This document shows positions 14,122 to 23,879 of a stretch of DNA of 64,000 nucleotides, in pieces (position 1 is the first letter of the stretch; the number at the start of each line of letters is the position of its first letter). The notes under the pieces were generated by a model, which was not told the DNA's origin, ran no database searches, and saw only the letters and a list, made by a program, of their open reading frames with translations. Made by a program: the position numbers and the translations under genes. This DNA is from a virus (taxonomy: Duplodnaviria > Caudoviricetes): positions 128,001 through 192,000 of the IMG/VR virus record IMGVR_UViG_3300031867_000003; one strand, given 5' to 3'.

Positions 14122-14637
14122 TCAATTAAACGTGTTATCTAATATTGCATTCAATTTATCTAAATCTATTTTTTCAAAAATAGGATATAGTGTAGCTCCG
14201 ATTAATTCCCCAAATCTTTCAACTTGTTTATTTATATAACTATGCGGCTCATATTCATTTGTTATCATGTCATTACACTTCATATTAAGAATAATTTTGA
14301 ACTCATTTAAATCTTTTTCATCAATCATAGACACAATATCATCAAGTGCCATAGATGCATCTAATTTATTATATTCATTAAGCCCATCCTTAAAATTTAT
14401 ATCAATATCCGTATACATATCTACAATACTTAAAAATGTAAACATATGTTTTGCAGTAGAATTAACTTTAAAATTCCTATTCTCATCATAATAAGAATTA
14501 TTAATAATTATCTGAGATCGAACATCTTTTTCCTCAAGAGGGATATAAGATTTTACAATATGCTCTTTAACAAATACAATGCGCTTATCCGTTTCTTTAC
14601 AATTATCATATAATTCCATAAATTCATCAAATTTCAT
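14122..14637 (-). CDS. Hypothetical protein, possible tail assembly chaperone (171 aa)
   Basis: AAGGAG RBS before ATG 14637; function inferred only from position upstream of the TMP. Confidence 0.6.
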   Translation of the reverse strand: MKFDEFMELYDNCKETDKRIVFVKEHIVKSYIPLEEKDVRSQIIINNSYYDENRNFKVNSTAKHMFTFLSIVDMYTDIDINFKDGLNEYNKLDASMALDDIVSMIDEKDLNEFKIILNMKCNDMITNEYEPHSYINKQVERFGELIGATLYPIFEKIDLDKLNAILDNTFN

Positions 14638-15751
14638 AATATTTCTCCTTACAATCATCTACAGTAGTTACCGTAATTTCTGTGTGCGGATTTTCTTTGT
14701 CATAGCCGATTATTTGAAAAAAAGAATTAAGATTTAAGCAGTTGGATTTATCTTCGACAATATTATTATTCTTATGTTTTTTACTAAATTCCCAGTTGTC
14801 TATCCAACCGTAAATATCCTAAATGGAGTAATACAATTTTTCATCTATAATAATTAGTTTAGAATTTTCAACTGGATATTGTTTTGAAAACAATTCTAAT
14901 CTCAATTTAGATTTTTCATCCATCCATCCTTTAATTTCCAACCATAAATCATAATCGGGCAAATAAAAATCTGGCTAATAACTCGCAATACCTTTGATAT
15001 TTTCATTAAAGAAAAAACGCTTATATTCATACTTCCACTAAATATTTAAACAATTTAAAACTCTGGCAATATTAGCCTCCCAAGAACTTCTAAAATATTG
15101 ATTTAAGTCCTCACGTTTTCCACCTCTACATCTTGAATACGCATTTTCCGTTGTTCCATAACCTCTAGACTTTGCTCTTGTCTATACAGCCTTCATAGCT
15201 ATGTTATGTTTCTCTTCATACGACATATTCGCAAATAATTGCTAATGAGTTTCGGACATCTTCTTTTTTGTTTCTTTATTATGATGTTTTCCAAGCATAC
15301 CTCTAGAATGTCCGTTTTCTTTTTGATAATTCTAAGTAGCTAGTGACAATTTTTGTCTTACCTCATTTTGAAATCTCTCAGATTTGTGATATAAATCAAC
15401 ACCATTTTTCACTTTTTCAATAAACTCATCGGTTGCCTTTCTATTGCCATCTGTTAACCCAGCCTCTCTAGCAACACGTTGTATAGATATAATTGGTCTA
15501 TTTATTTTTCTTGATAGAGTCTCAAGATTTAAATATTCGCCAGTATGGTCATTATAATAATCAATTATAATCTGTTTCTCGTTTTCCGTTATTGGTTTGG
15601 GAGCAAGCCAGTTTAATCCTAGTTTGGTTTTCATCCCTCTAATACTACCAGATGACCTATTTAAAACTTCACTAATCTCCTAAACAGTTTTCCCCTAACT
15701 ATATAATTTTACTAGTTTATCCTTTTCCTCATCTGTCCACTTTTTATCCAT
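14627..15751 (-). CDS. Free-standing endonuclease: HTH repeats + NUMOD3-like segment + PD-(D/E)XK domain (374 aa, several TAG)
   Basis: Read-through translation gives GMLGKHHNKETKKKMSE, YFRSSWEANIAR and Y(Q)PDFYLPDYDLWLEIKGWMD; GAGGAG RBS; ends TGA. Confidence 0.8.
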
Positions 15752-15770
15752 AAAAAACTCCTCTTAAAAA

Positions 15771-16208
15771 TTATATTTCTTTAATATAAAATTCGGTTCT
15801 TGGATTATCTTTGTCATATCCACCAGTTATTGTAAGTTTTGTAAGATTAAGATAATTATCATCAATAATCATTTTGGATTCAGTAAACGCATCCATAAGC
15901 AGTTTAACCCCTCCAACGCAATTGTCTAAATCAAATCTTCTTCTCGTTGGCATATAAACTTTTACCTCAAGCTCGAACATATCTAAGCATAAATTTTCAT
16001 ATTCATAACGGTTTACTAACCACATTCCAAATTCTTTATATTTAGCTTTTAACGCGGCAATTTGAACCCTTTGTAAAATCAAAATCTGATTAAGAGTTGG
16101 CATTATAGGTCTATCAATAGGATTTTTTTTCGCCCTAGGATGGCATTTGAAATAATACTTGTTATATTCGTCAACCAACTATTGGTCTATTATTATTTTG
16201 TATTCCAT
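15771..16208 (-). CDS. rusA: RusA-like Holliday junction resolvase (145 aa, TAG at codon 10)
   Basis: RRRFDLDNCVGGVKLLMDAFTESKMIIDDN and YDKDNPRTE motifs; GGAG RBS before ATG 16208. Confidence 0.8.
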
Positions 16209-16222
16209 TCAGTTTTCTCCTA

Positions 16223-16438
16223 TCAAACGGTCATAGAAAGCATTATATTGGCAATATCTCGCACACAATCTTTGCGACCAATATCTTTAACTATAGCTAT
16301 GGCTAAATATGTTTCCCAATAATCAACAAAATGTTCGTCATCTTCAGTAACATCATCGCATCCCCAACGTCGCACTACTTCATTAAACTTTTCACAAAAT
16401 TCCAATATATTTTTACATTCTTCCATAAACCGCCTCAT
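16223..16438 (-). CDS. Hypothetical protein (71 aa)
   Basis: ORF packed between the recombinase and RusA, overlapping the upstream stop (ATGA). Confidence 0.5.
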   Translation of the reverse strand: MRRFMEECKNILEFCEKFNEVVRRWGCDDVTEDDEHFVDYWETYLAIAIVKDIGRKDCVRDIANIMLSMTV

Positions 16439-17439
16439 TGTATTCCAAACATCTCATTTATTTTATCTTCGGTTTCATCCTTAAAATAGCCGGAAGTGGT
16501 AGTCAAATCAGAATGATGAGCAAATGCCTGGATTTGATCTAACTCAAATACCTTATTATTGCCATTTTCATCTTTAAGCCGGTCATCCCAACCTTTTTTC
16601 AACGCTTGGAGTCGGGAATGGCGACAACTATGAGGAAAAATATTTACTTCCTCTCCGCGAACTTCAGATAATATTTTACTAATACTAACAATCCTGTCAT
16701 AAAGAGCTCCACAGTCAACTTCAGAAGCCGTTTCCCCATGTCCCTTAATCCACAAGGAATCTATTCCGTCATCTCCGCGCCATTCCAAATATTGCCTAAT
16801 TAATTCCCTGGTGTCATTTAAATAAATAAGAGGAAACTGCTTTCCTCGCTTTCCTCTGACTATATTGGTTTTATTGCCTTCAAGAAGACCGTCTTTTTTA
16901 ACTTGATAAACCTCATTGCGTCTCGCTCCAGAATCATACATCAATGACCACAACACAGCATCTTGCAGTCTACCACGTTCAAGAAGAATATCTCGTGTTT
17001 TTACAAACTCTTCATATGTAAAGAAGAAATCATCATCATTGGTTTTGACCTTTTCATTCGGAACTCCGCGAACCTTTTTACTATAATTGATTTCATAATC
17101 ATAATCGTCATCTTCTTCGCAAAAAGTCAACATTGAGTTAATAGAAGAGTGGAGACGATTGCATCTTGCCGGCGACATTCCGGAATCGTCAAACCATATA
17201 TTTAAACGTCTAAAATCTTTCTTTGTCATCTCAAGCACTGATTTATTATCAAAGTCCTCTAATATTTTAATAAATATTAATTTCAAATCATATCTGTAAG
17301 CATTAATGGTGTTAGGACTTTTTTTCTGCTGGCGAAGTTCCGTAAGGAAGTCTTCCATAATGGCTTTATTTTCTGGATTAACCTTGGCCCATTTTTCATC
17401 GGTATATATTCTATTATAAACTCCTCGGCTTCTAGCCAT
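16435..17439 (-). CDS. Tyrosine recombinase (XerD/phage integrase family, SPbeta YomM-like position)
   Basis: Catalytic motifs SGARRNE, GKRGK, FPHSCRHSR, HHSDLTTTSGY; GGAGGTG RBS. Confidence 0.9.
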   Translation of the reverse strand: MARSRGVYNRIYTDEKWAKVNPENKAIMEDFLTELRQQKKSPNTINAYRYDLKLIFIKILEDFDNKSVLEMTKKDFRRLNIWFDDSGMSPARCNRLHSSINSMLTFCEEDDDYDYEINYSKKVRGVPNEKVKTNDDDFFFTYEEFVKTRDILLERGRLQDAVLWSLMYDSGARRNEVYQVKKDGLLEGNKTNIVRGKRGKQFPLIYLNDTRELIRQYLEWRGDDGIDSLWIKGHGETASEVDCGALYDRIVSISKILSEVRGEEVNIFPHSCRHSRLQALKKGWDDRLKDENGNNKVFELDQIQAFAHHSDLTTTSGYFKDETEDKINEMFGIQ

Positions 17440-18621
17440 TTAATTATCACCTCCATAATTAGAATACATAATTACATTCCTACCATATTTAATTTCTGTA
17501 CTGTATTCTAATTCTCCATTTTTTAATACTAAATCCCAGTCAATATTATTTTTCCTAAACTGTTCAATCTTAATTCTTAGGTCAATACTAGGATTATCAA
17601 GAATCTAATCCACATTGTTTTTTGTCAAATCACAAGGAAACAGAATATAATATATTAGTCCTCCACTACTTAATAAATGTTCTTTATATTTCAATTTCAA
17701 TCTATACTTTTCTCTAGAATCGCTTTTATCAATAGGTTTATCCATATAATAATAATCTTTATATGCTTCTATTATTCCGGGAATTTCAATATAAATCGTT
17801 TTCCCATGATATTTAATAACATAATCACAATTCATATTCCCGCTATAGCTATCTATAAAATCAGAATATTTTACATCTCTAAAGTAATCTATTCCAAAAA
17901 CTAATCCGCGAGACCTTAAGTACATAGATAATAAATATTCAAACTAACTTGTAGTTATCTCTCCATCATCAAACGAATATAATGTCCCTCTCCCTGCTAT
18001 TCCAATTTCAAATCCATTATTTTTAATATATTCACCAAGTGTCTGATTATAATATTTTCTGCATGAATTTTGTAAACATGCTATAGACGGAATGTTATCC
18101 AAAGAAGAAATAAATTTATCCGTAATATAAGGAATATTTTTCTACATAGCAACACTAAAAACATACTACATCGCTTTATTAAAACCTTCTATGTCCAAAG
18201 CCTTGGACATCATATCTTCTTGTATGATTTCCAATCCAATTTCTTCCTTCATTTTATTAAGAGAACCCCATACTTTATTTATATATCTTATTGATGGGAC
18301 TAATGCCCCTAGATCCCTAAAGTCATCATAATACAAAGGTCTGCCTAATTCTTTTCTGTATTTTTTTATTCTTTCAATTGCTTCCTCTTTTGGCATTTTC
18401 ATTGTAAACAATCCAGACCAATTTACAAAATCAGACCAACTTTTTACATTTGAATCCGGGCAATGCTTTACGAACCATCTAGCATCAGGCAAATCATAAA
18501 ATCTAAGTTTAGCATGTGAGATGTGTCTACGATTATTAATACTTTTTAATATAAAATCGTTCACATATAAATCATATTTGTTTAAATCAAATTTACGTGG
18601 AGACATTTTTTTCTTTTCCAT
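17440..18621 (-). CDS. Putative homing-endonuclease-like protein (393 aa, TAG read-through)
   Basis: Fragments 18166..18642 and 17605..17925 are in one frame joined by TAGs; C-terminal CDYVIKYHGKTIYIEIPG is PD-(D/E)XK-like; TAA abuts the recombinase ATG. Confidence 0.7.
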
Positions 18622-18665
18622 ATTTATCATTCCTTTCAACAATGATTATCCTTTCACAAATAAAA

Positions 18666-18727
18666 GCGCAGAAGAGCAGTGAAAGGTTCTGCTCCCACTA
18701 GGTTAATTACTCCTAATGTTTCTGCGC
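18666..18727 (-). promoter_or_regulatory. Three-way-junction RNA motif, copy 1 (loop complementary to downstream RBS)
   Basis: P1 GCGCAGA/TCTGCGC; P2 CATTAGG-AGTAATTAA-CCTAGTG; P3 GGAGCAG-AACCTTTCA-CTGCTCT. Two TGAAAGG targets lie downstream. Confidence 0.7.
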
Positions 18728-19008
18728 AGATAATAAAAAATACCTATGACAGTATTATTTATTCAGTGGGAAGAATCTGTTTGATTAATTCCGGCGTTGT
18801 TATATTGTTATATACTGTTTTACGTCCTATAACAGATCACTCCCTTCTCATAAAATTTAACTTTCATCAACCAAATAATATTCTATGGTTAATGGTATTA
18901 CCACAAATTCCGTATTAGTTTGGAAATCTTCCATATAATGCGTTTTGCGCCGCCCAGTGGCCACCAGTGCGTTTGCTAGTGGCCACCCGGCGTTGCCAGT
19001 GGCCGGGG

Positions 19009-19755
19009 TTAATCAGCCACTTTTCGTTCAATCATAACGATGTAGTGTTTCGTCACCCGCTTGAGCAACGAGTTGGATGATACCTCATCCTCCATCAGCA
19101 TGGAGGGCCATGCCTTTGGCTCGCGCTGCGAGCAGATAATACAGCTCCTTGACAATTCATTCCGTTTTTCCAGGATGTCATACAGAGCCTTGACTTCATC
19201 ATCCTCTGTGATTGGGTGCAGAAGAAAGTCGTCCAGGATCACAAGATCAAGGTTAATGATCGCCTTTACCTTCTTCTGATACTGCTTGAATTCGATTTTT
19301 CTGGCCGCGGCAAGCTCACTTACGAGTTCATCGCAATGATAGTAACCTACACGATATTCCCGGCATGCTTCGGCACCAAGCGCTCTCGCAAGATAGGTCT
19401 TTCCGCTATCAGAAGCCCCGAAGATACAAAGGTTCATGCCTTCCCGTACAAAATCCAACGACGAAAGCGTATGGACGATATCCAACGGTTGGTACTGGCG
19501 CTCTTTGGAATCAACACACTGGTCAAGACAGCTGTCACTTCCTTTCAGTTTTGCCTTCTTCAGACGCGATGTATAGCGGTTTGTAATCGTTACGATATAT
19601 TCGGCGTGAATGATAGTACTGATCAACTCCAGACGTCCTGTATTAACAAAGGCCGGCTGCTTATAAAGTGTTTCAAGCTCTGCGGCCATATGCGGCAGTT
19701 TCAGTTCATCCAGCTCCTCCAGGATTGACTTCAGCTCCTTTGCTCCTGTATTCAT
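19009..19755 (-). CDS. istB: IS21 helper ATPase IstB
   Basis: Walker A GASDSGKT, Walker B LVILDD; overlaps istA stop. Confidence 0.95.
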   Translation of the reverse strand: MNTGAKELKSILEELDELKLPHMAAELETLYKQPAFVNTGRLELISTIIHAEYIVTITNRYTSRLKKAKLKGSDSCLDQCVDSKERQYQPLDIVHTLSSLDFVREGMNLCIFGASDSGKTYLARALGAEACREYRVGYYHCDELVSELAAARKIEFKQYQKKVKAIINLDLVILDDFLLHPITEDDEVKALYDILEKRNELSRSCIICSQREPKAWPSMLMEDEVSSNSLLKRVTKHYIVMIERKVAD

Positions 19756-21368
19756 TGCTGCGCCTCCTTTCCGGACTGATCCGCGAGGGTACGGCTGCGA
19801 TTCAGCAGTTTTTCCATGTCGGAGTAACTGCTGTCCATGATGTAGGAGCCTTCGTTCCGCTTTTTATTCTTATCGGTGTTGTAACCTTCAGAGCCAAGTT
19901 CTTCGGCTACCGCGCCAATGGTGGTTTTGATATAGGTGTAGGTCGTCCTCTCAGCAGCGAGAGCGCGCCTGCAACATTCCTCCAGGGCAGAGCGGCTGTA
20001 CTTCTTTGTGAAGCCAAGAACGCCCACACAGAGCCTGTAGGTCTGAACTTCCAGCTTCCGGCTCTTCAGGATCCGCTTAATTACTTCCGTAGTGTTGCTG
20101 CCAACTGTGGATGCTTTCCGGATAAAGTAGGTGCTGTTCCATTCCGAAAAATCCTCGTAGTTTTTCGGCAGACGGCTGGAGTCTGTTTTCCATTCGCCTC
20201 TGTAGGTTGCCCGTGGCCATTCGATAATCAGTTCGCCTTCGAGACTGAAGATCTTGACAACGGAGGCAGTTGCACGAATGATGACTTTTTTGTGCAGATA
20301 CGCTTTGTCTACGCTATAATAAGCATTGTCAAAGCGGATGTGGAAGTCGCTTGACACCTTTGCCGTGGCCCTCTCCATGTAATGGTACTGCGTGGAGGGG
20401 AGCGGCATCAGCTCTTCCTTTTCTTCTGCCCAATAGTAGGAGCGGCAATGCTCCTTCTTCTTAAACGGAGCGTCATTCAGCTCATCCAGCTTCTCCCAGA
20501 GGTCTTCATTGAACTGCTCAAGCGAGAAATATCTGCGTTCTTCCAGTTCATGGAAGAACCCTTTCTCGAGAATGCCAACCGCGTTTTCCACAGAAGATTT
20601 GAAACGGGGTTTCCGGACCTTGGCGGGAAGAATCACGGTGTGGTTGTGCTCCGCCCATTCTGCGTAGTCCTGATTCAGTTCCGGCTGTATCCAGTCCTTG
20701 TTTGCGATCACGGCCTGTTTGCAGTTATCGCAAACGACGATAGCGGGAACGCCGCCAAAAGCCTTCAACGCGTTGTTATTGACCTCGATCCACTGCATCT
20801 CCTTTGTGGATTCCATACCCTCAGCGTAGATGTACTGGGAATACGGAAGGATAGCAACAAATACGACGATCGGTGTGATCTCGCCGGTAAGACGGTTGAT
20901 CAGATCAAATGTCTTGCCTGCAAAGTCGACTTCCATCGTCTGGGCGATCACGGCTGTAAAGTGTGCTGTTTCGTAGTTTTCCTCGCACCACTTGCCGAAG
21001 AGCTCACAGAACTGCCGGTACTGGTATGGTTTCTTCTCCTCGGCATTGCAGCGCTTGACATACCGGTCCCAGCACACCTGAAGCGTCATGTTCTTTCTTT
21101 CGTTCATGAGCTTCAGAACCTTCGGGTAGTCGGGGTACTCGTAGCTTTCATCTCGACCGCCTTCGCCCGGCACTTTGCCATACACCTTCATGGCAATTCC
21201 GGCGTTTGTGATCCCGGGCGGGAGTGGGAAGTCCAGATCTTCGCACTTTTCGAATGCGTGGATAAACTTCTGTATCCCGGATTTGCTCATACCGGTTTGC
21301 CGGCTGATTTCTCTCACCGACAACTTGATCACGAAGTATTTGTTGAGAATGTCTCTGTAGTCTAGCAT
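19752..21368 (-). CDS. istA: IS21 transposase IstA
   Basis: N-terminal HTH; DDE motifs MEVDFAG, VCDNCK, KPRFKSSVEN. Confidence 0.95.
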   Translation of the reverse strand: MLDYRDILNKYFVIKLSVREISRQTGMSKSGIQKFIHAFEKCEDLDFPLPPGITNAGIAMKVYGKVPGEGGRDESYEYPDYPKVLKLMNERKNMTLQVCWDRYVKRCNAEEKKPYQYRQFCELFGKWCEENYETAHFTAVIAQTMEVDFAGKTFDLINRLTGEITPIVVFVAILPYSQYIYAEGMESTKEMQWIEVNNNALKAFGGVPAIVVCDNCKQAVIANKDWIQPELNQDYAEWAEHNHTVILPAKVRKPRFKSSVENAVGILEKGFFHELEERRYFSLEQFNEDLWEKLDELNDAPFKKKEHCRSYYWAEEKEELMPLPSTQYHYMERATAKVSSDFHIRFDNAYYSVDKAYLHKKVIIRATASVVKIFSLEGELIIEWPRATYRGEWKTDSSRLPKNYEDFSEWNSTYFIRKASTVGSNTTEVIKRILKSRKLEVQTYRLCVGVLGFTKKYSRSALEECCRRALAAERTTYTYIKTTIGAVAEELGSEGYNTDKNKKRNEGSYIMDSSYSDMEKLLNRSRTLADQSGKEAQQ

Positions 21369-21703
21369 AGGCTACCTCCTAATAAGAATCTCCATCGCTA
21401 TAGGTGGGCGTTCTCATTATAGGAGATAACGGTATTCAAAACTCAATAAACCCGGCCACTCGCTCCGCTCCGTGGCCACTTACGGCCGCATAAGCGGCCA
21501 CTGGGATCCGCCGTATGCAATATAATTCATAAGCACTATATCTGCGATATCTTTATCATATGTTTTAGTAGCCAATTCAATATTAGTTACAATTTCCCAT
21601 TTATGGTCATGTAATGAACGTAGATATACAGTTTTTCCTTCTGCATCAATGGAGGCTATTACATATTTATTTATAGTTTTTTCCAATTGCTTTCTCATAA
21701 TAT

Positions 21704-22837
21704 TTATTTCCTTTTAATTCCTTTATTATTTATTAGTTTTAAATTATCAATAACATAGTCAATGTCTGATTGTGTCGTTTCATAATCTAGTGAAAATCGA
21801 ATAGAAGCGTTTGCATCATCATCCGATAAACCGATCGCTTTCAGCACGTATGACGGTTCATCGGAATCTGAATTACATGCGGATCCGGTAGAAACATAAA
21901 TTCCACTCATATCTAACATTCGCAGTATCTGTTCTCCTCGACATCCCTTAAAACACACATTTAAATTTCCCGGTAATCGATTATTAAAATCTCCATTAAT
22001 AACTACGTTGTCGAATTCCTCTAAAAGCTTATTAGCAAAATAATTCCTTAAATAAAGAATGTTTGCCGTATCTTTTGAATTATTTAAATTCACAATTATA
22101 TCAGCAATGCAACCAAAACCAACAATTGCCGGCACATTTTCAGTGCCAGAACGCTTGCCAAATTCTTGTCCTCCACCATAAATAAGTGGTGATATATCTA
22201 TCCCGTTTTTCACATATAGGAATCCTATTCCTTTCGGACCATGAACTTTATGAGCACTTACACTCATCATGTCAATATTAAGTTTATTTACATCAATGGG
22301 AATATGACCATATGCCTGAACCGCGTCGGTGTGGAAGATTATATTATTTTGATGAGCAATTTCTCCAATTTCTCTTATTGGCTGAATAGTACCGATTTCA
22401 TTATTGGCACTCATTATAGATATTAGTTTTGTGTTAGGAGTTATGGCATTTTCTACATCTTTAGGATTGACTATTCCACCATTATCAACCCCTATATATG
22501 TTACGTTAACACCTTTTTTCTCAAGTGCCCAGCACTTATTTAAAATAGCATGATGCTCTATTACACTAGTTATTAAATGATCGCCAGGTTCGAGAATACT
22601 CAATGCCCAGTTATCACTTTCTGTACCCCCGAACGTAAAATATATTTCTTCGGGAAAACAACTAATTGTTTTTGATAAATTCTCCCTAGAAACATTTACA
22701 AGTTCTTTAGCTGCATTTCCGACCATATGAGTAGAAGAGGGATTACCATAATATCTAGAATATACACTGTACATTTCCTCTATTACTCCTTGATATGGTT
22801 TTGTTGTAGCCGCGTTATCTAAATATACTTCTCGCAT
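21704..22837 (-). CDS. iscS: Cysteine desulfurase (IscS/NifS family)
   Basis: YLDNAATT, YGNPSS, HTDAVQ, SAHKVHGPKG (PLP lysine), STGSACNS (catalytic Cys); AAGGAG RBS before ATG 22837. Confidence 0.93.
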   Translation of the reverse strand: MREVYLDNAATTKPYQGVIEEMYSVYSRYYGNPSSTHMVGNAAKELVNVSRENLSKTISCFPEEIYFTFGGTESDNWALSILEPGDHLITSVIEHHAILNKCWALEKKGVNVTYIGVDNGGIVNPKDVENAITPNTKLISIMSANNEIGTIQPIREIGEIAHQNNIIFHTDAVQAYGHIPIDVNKLNIDMMSVSAHKVHGPKGIGFLYVKNGIDISPLIYGGGQEFGKRSGTENVPAIVGFGCIADIIVNLNNSKDTANILYLRNYFANKLLEEFDNVVINGDFNNRLPGNLNVCFKGCRGEQILRMLDMSGIYVSTGSACNSDSDEPSYVLKAIGLSDDDANASIRFSLDYETTQSDIDYVIDNLKLINNKGIKRK

Positions 22838-22847
22838 AGTATTCTCC

Positions 22848-23084
22848 TTACGTAAGTTCATGCTTACACCATAAATCAAAATATTTCTTGCTCTGCTCCC
22901 GATTAAAAATAAAACATAATATCGGGTCTCCTGTGTTAAAATCCACGCTTATATACAAATCAAGAAGTTCACATCCATGTTTTAAATATAAAGTGGCTTG
23001 TCTTACATTAACTATGCGGACGCCGTCCTATGGATAATAATCTTTTCCCGTTATATCTGAATGAATATCATTAATGTCTCTCAT
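22848..23084 (-). CDS. Small hypothetical protein (78 aa, 1 TAG; absent from ORF track)
   Basis: MRDINDIHSDITGKDYYP(Q)DGVRIVNVRQATLYLKHG...FDLWCKHELT-TAA; fills the gap exactly. Confidence 0.75.
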
Positions 23085-23114
23085 ACCTTTTATTCCTTCC
23101 TTAAAAAATCGTAA

Positions 23115-23155
23115 AAAAAGGGGACAACCACAAAACGAATGTGTAGTCGTCCCCT
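23115..23155 (-). terminator. Rho-independent terminator
   Basis: AGGGGAC..GTCCCCT stem followed by a T-run on the - strand. Confidence 0.6.
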
Positions 23156-23211
23156 AATATGTGATCCGGTCATGCCGGTTCACTCCGTATCTTATAATCA
23201 CATTCACTAAT

Positions 23212-23715
23212 TTATTTTGCCGCAAATTTTGGCTTAATCTTCTTATTCTGATAACTCTTATTTTGGTTATCATTCAGAGGTTTATTATCTTCAATAGTCT
23301 TATCGCCATCCGAAGATATCTCAGCTTCTTCATGTTTCACATCTGAGACTTCGGGATTAACTTCCGGTGTCTCATTTTTTAACGCTGACATAATTGCCTT
23401 GGCATTAGTAGTATCAATCTGCTGAAGCTGATTAATCGCGTCTTTCACCCAATCCGGAAGCTTCTCAACATACTCTTTATCAAGCGTAAGTTCGCTAAGT
23501 CTAGCAGCTTCAATTTCCGGCTTAAGCCAATGATTTAAAAATCCAGCAGTAATATTGTAAATCTCTTTACATCTTTCAGAACAATATGCGTCCATCCAAC
23601 GCGGTAATCTATCAAAGTCTGAGCAATTAGGGCAATACTGATATGTCGAAGAGCAAATAGTACACTGCCTTTCAAATTTCTTTTTTGCCATTGTCGTTTC
23701 CTCCTTAGTAATCAT
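23212..23715 (-). CDS. Cys-rich (zinc-binding) hypothetical protein
   Basis: CTIC..YCPNC..YCSERC motifs. Confidence 0.7.
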   Translation of the reverse strand: MITKEETTMAKKKFERQCTICSSTYQYCPNCSDFDRLPRWMDAYCSERCKEIYNITAGFLNHWLKPEIEAARLSELTLDKEYVEKLPDWVKDAINQLQQIDTTNAKAIMSALKNETPEVNPEVSDVKHEEAEISSDGDKTIEDNKPLNDNQNKSYQNKKIKPKFAAK

Positions 23716-23879
23716 AATTTTTCACTATATATAAAACGGATTATAAATACCGTATTCTTTTCAATATTAAATAAAATAACGAATGTATGATTTAGTGCTT
23801 GATAATTAATTTAAAATGTTTTTTGAATAGAGCCGCCGGATTTGACCCCGGCGACCCCAGATTATTTATAAATAATAAA

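Larger units (their letters stand above)
18939..21519 (-). mobile_element. IS21-family insertion sequence, 2581 bp, intact
   Basis: TG...CA ends; imperfect IRs TGCGTTTTGCGCCGCCCAGTGGCC / TGCATACGGCGGATCCCAGTGGCC with repeated internal GTGGCC motifs; 6-bp target duplication ATATAA (18933-18938 and 21520-21525); visibly higher GC than flanks. Confidence 0.95.
18857..21698 (-). pseudogene. Small phage gene (~85 aa) interrupted by the IS21 element
   Basis: Removing the IS and one ATATAA copy restores ...DIADIVLMNY-MEDFQTNTEFVVIPLTIEYYLVDES-TAA in frame. Confidence 0.85.

Noticed and set aside
16435-17439. Recombinase marking a prophage boundary
   Set aside because: Phage late genes continue on both sides and no att site is visible; SPbeta-like phages carry such a gene in the tail cluster.
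19216-21365. Long + strand ORFs (170, 228, 327 aa) in the IS
   Set aside because: Antisense shadows of istA/istB in GC-richer DNA.
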